The notes under the pieces are model-generated. The model saw only the letters and a program-made list of their open reading frames with translations, had not been told where the DNA came from and did not search any database. A stretch of DNA of 32,000 nucleotides from Mycobacterium leprae TN (GTDB lineage Bacteria > Actinomycetota > Actinomycetes > Mycobacteriales > Mycobacteriaceae), in assembly GCF_000195855.1 (NCBI RefSeq), contig NC_002677.1, forward strand, positions 2,790,001 through 2,822,000. The letters are read 5' to 3'. Position numbers and translations under genes: made by a program. How positions within the stretch are numbered: the stretch's first letter is position 1; each line of letters begins with the position of its first letter. Below are positions 31,710 through 32,000 of the stretch, piece after piece.

Positions 31710-32000
31710 ACCGTCACGTCCAGTCGTTTGAATCCGTCACTGCGATAACGTTCGACACAGGCCGAACGTCGGACCTTGCCGCTTGTGGTGATCGGGATTG
31801 AGCCCGGTGACACCAGAACGAGGTCGGCCACATGCAAACTATGTAACTTCGATATAGCGGATGTGACTTCACGCTTCACCGAATGGACTTTGTGCATGTG
31901 GTCTTCCGCGGACGCTCCATGTTCCTTGTATTCAATGATCGCCACCAACTGCTCGGTGAGGTCGTCCGGCACAGTGATCGCCGCGACCCGACCGCCGGTG
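31706..32000 (-). CDS. fadD26: Long-chain fatty-acid-AMP ligase (FAAL, FadD26-like), C-terminal part; 5' end lies right of the window
   Basis: The frame is open to the window edge ([28 protein letters not shown]...). It has the acyl-adenylate ligase C-terminal lid sequence [27 protein letters not shown]. Position upstream of ppsA matches fadD26. Confidence 0.9.
   Translation of the reverse strand, partial: TGGRVAAITVPDDLTEQLVAIIEYKEHGASAEDHMHKVHSVKREVTSAISKLHSLHVADLVLVSPGSIPITTSGKVRRSACVERYRSDGFKRLDVTV

Noticed and set aside
1-32000. Search for CRISPR arrays, tRNA/rRNA, transposases, phage genes or a novel defence-type system
   Set aside because: The window is almost fully occupied by the PDIM/PGL genes. 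I saw no short regularly spaced repeats, no IS-like ORFs and no structural RNA genes.

Overview
The window is a mycobacterial dimycocerosate / phenolic glycolipid (PDIM/PGL) biosynthesis locus. Almost all of it is one minus-strand gene train, in transcriptional order: fadD26-like FAAL (partial, right edge), ppsA, ppsB, ppsC, ppsD, ppsE, drrA, drrB, drrC, papA5. A partial plus-strand glycosyltransferase of the PGL type at the left edge converges on papA5. Gene order, protein lengths (1871/1540/2201/1822/1489 aa) and domain content match the canonical pps/drr/papA5 cluster, so I do not see a new kind of system. The most notable sequence-level observation is a direct, almost perfectly identical repeat of about 1.39 kb (23400-24786 and 28809-30195, spacing 5409 bp, one mismatch found by eye). 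It covers the AT domains of ppsB and ppsA almost exactly. Shorter identical patches lie in the adjacent KS regions. This looks like gene conversion or concerted evolution, or a possible assembly problem, and it predicts an in-frame module deletion. A second point is that a glycosyltransferase, not mas, sits next to papA5, which from memory resembles the M. leprae-type split locus. A third is a dehydratase-like fold in PpsA that keeps HxxxGxxxxP. All comparisons were made by eye or from memory. No database search was run.
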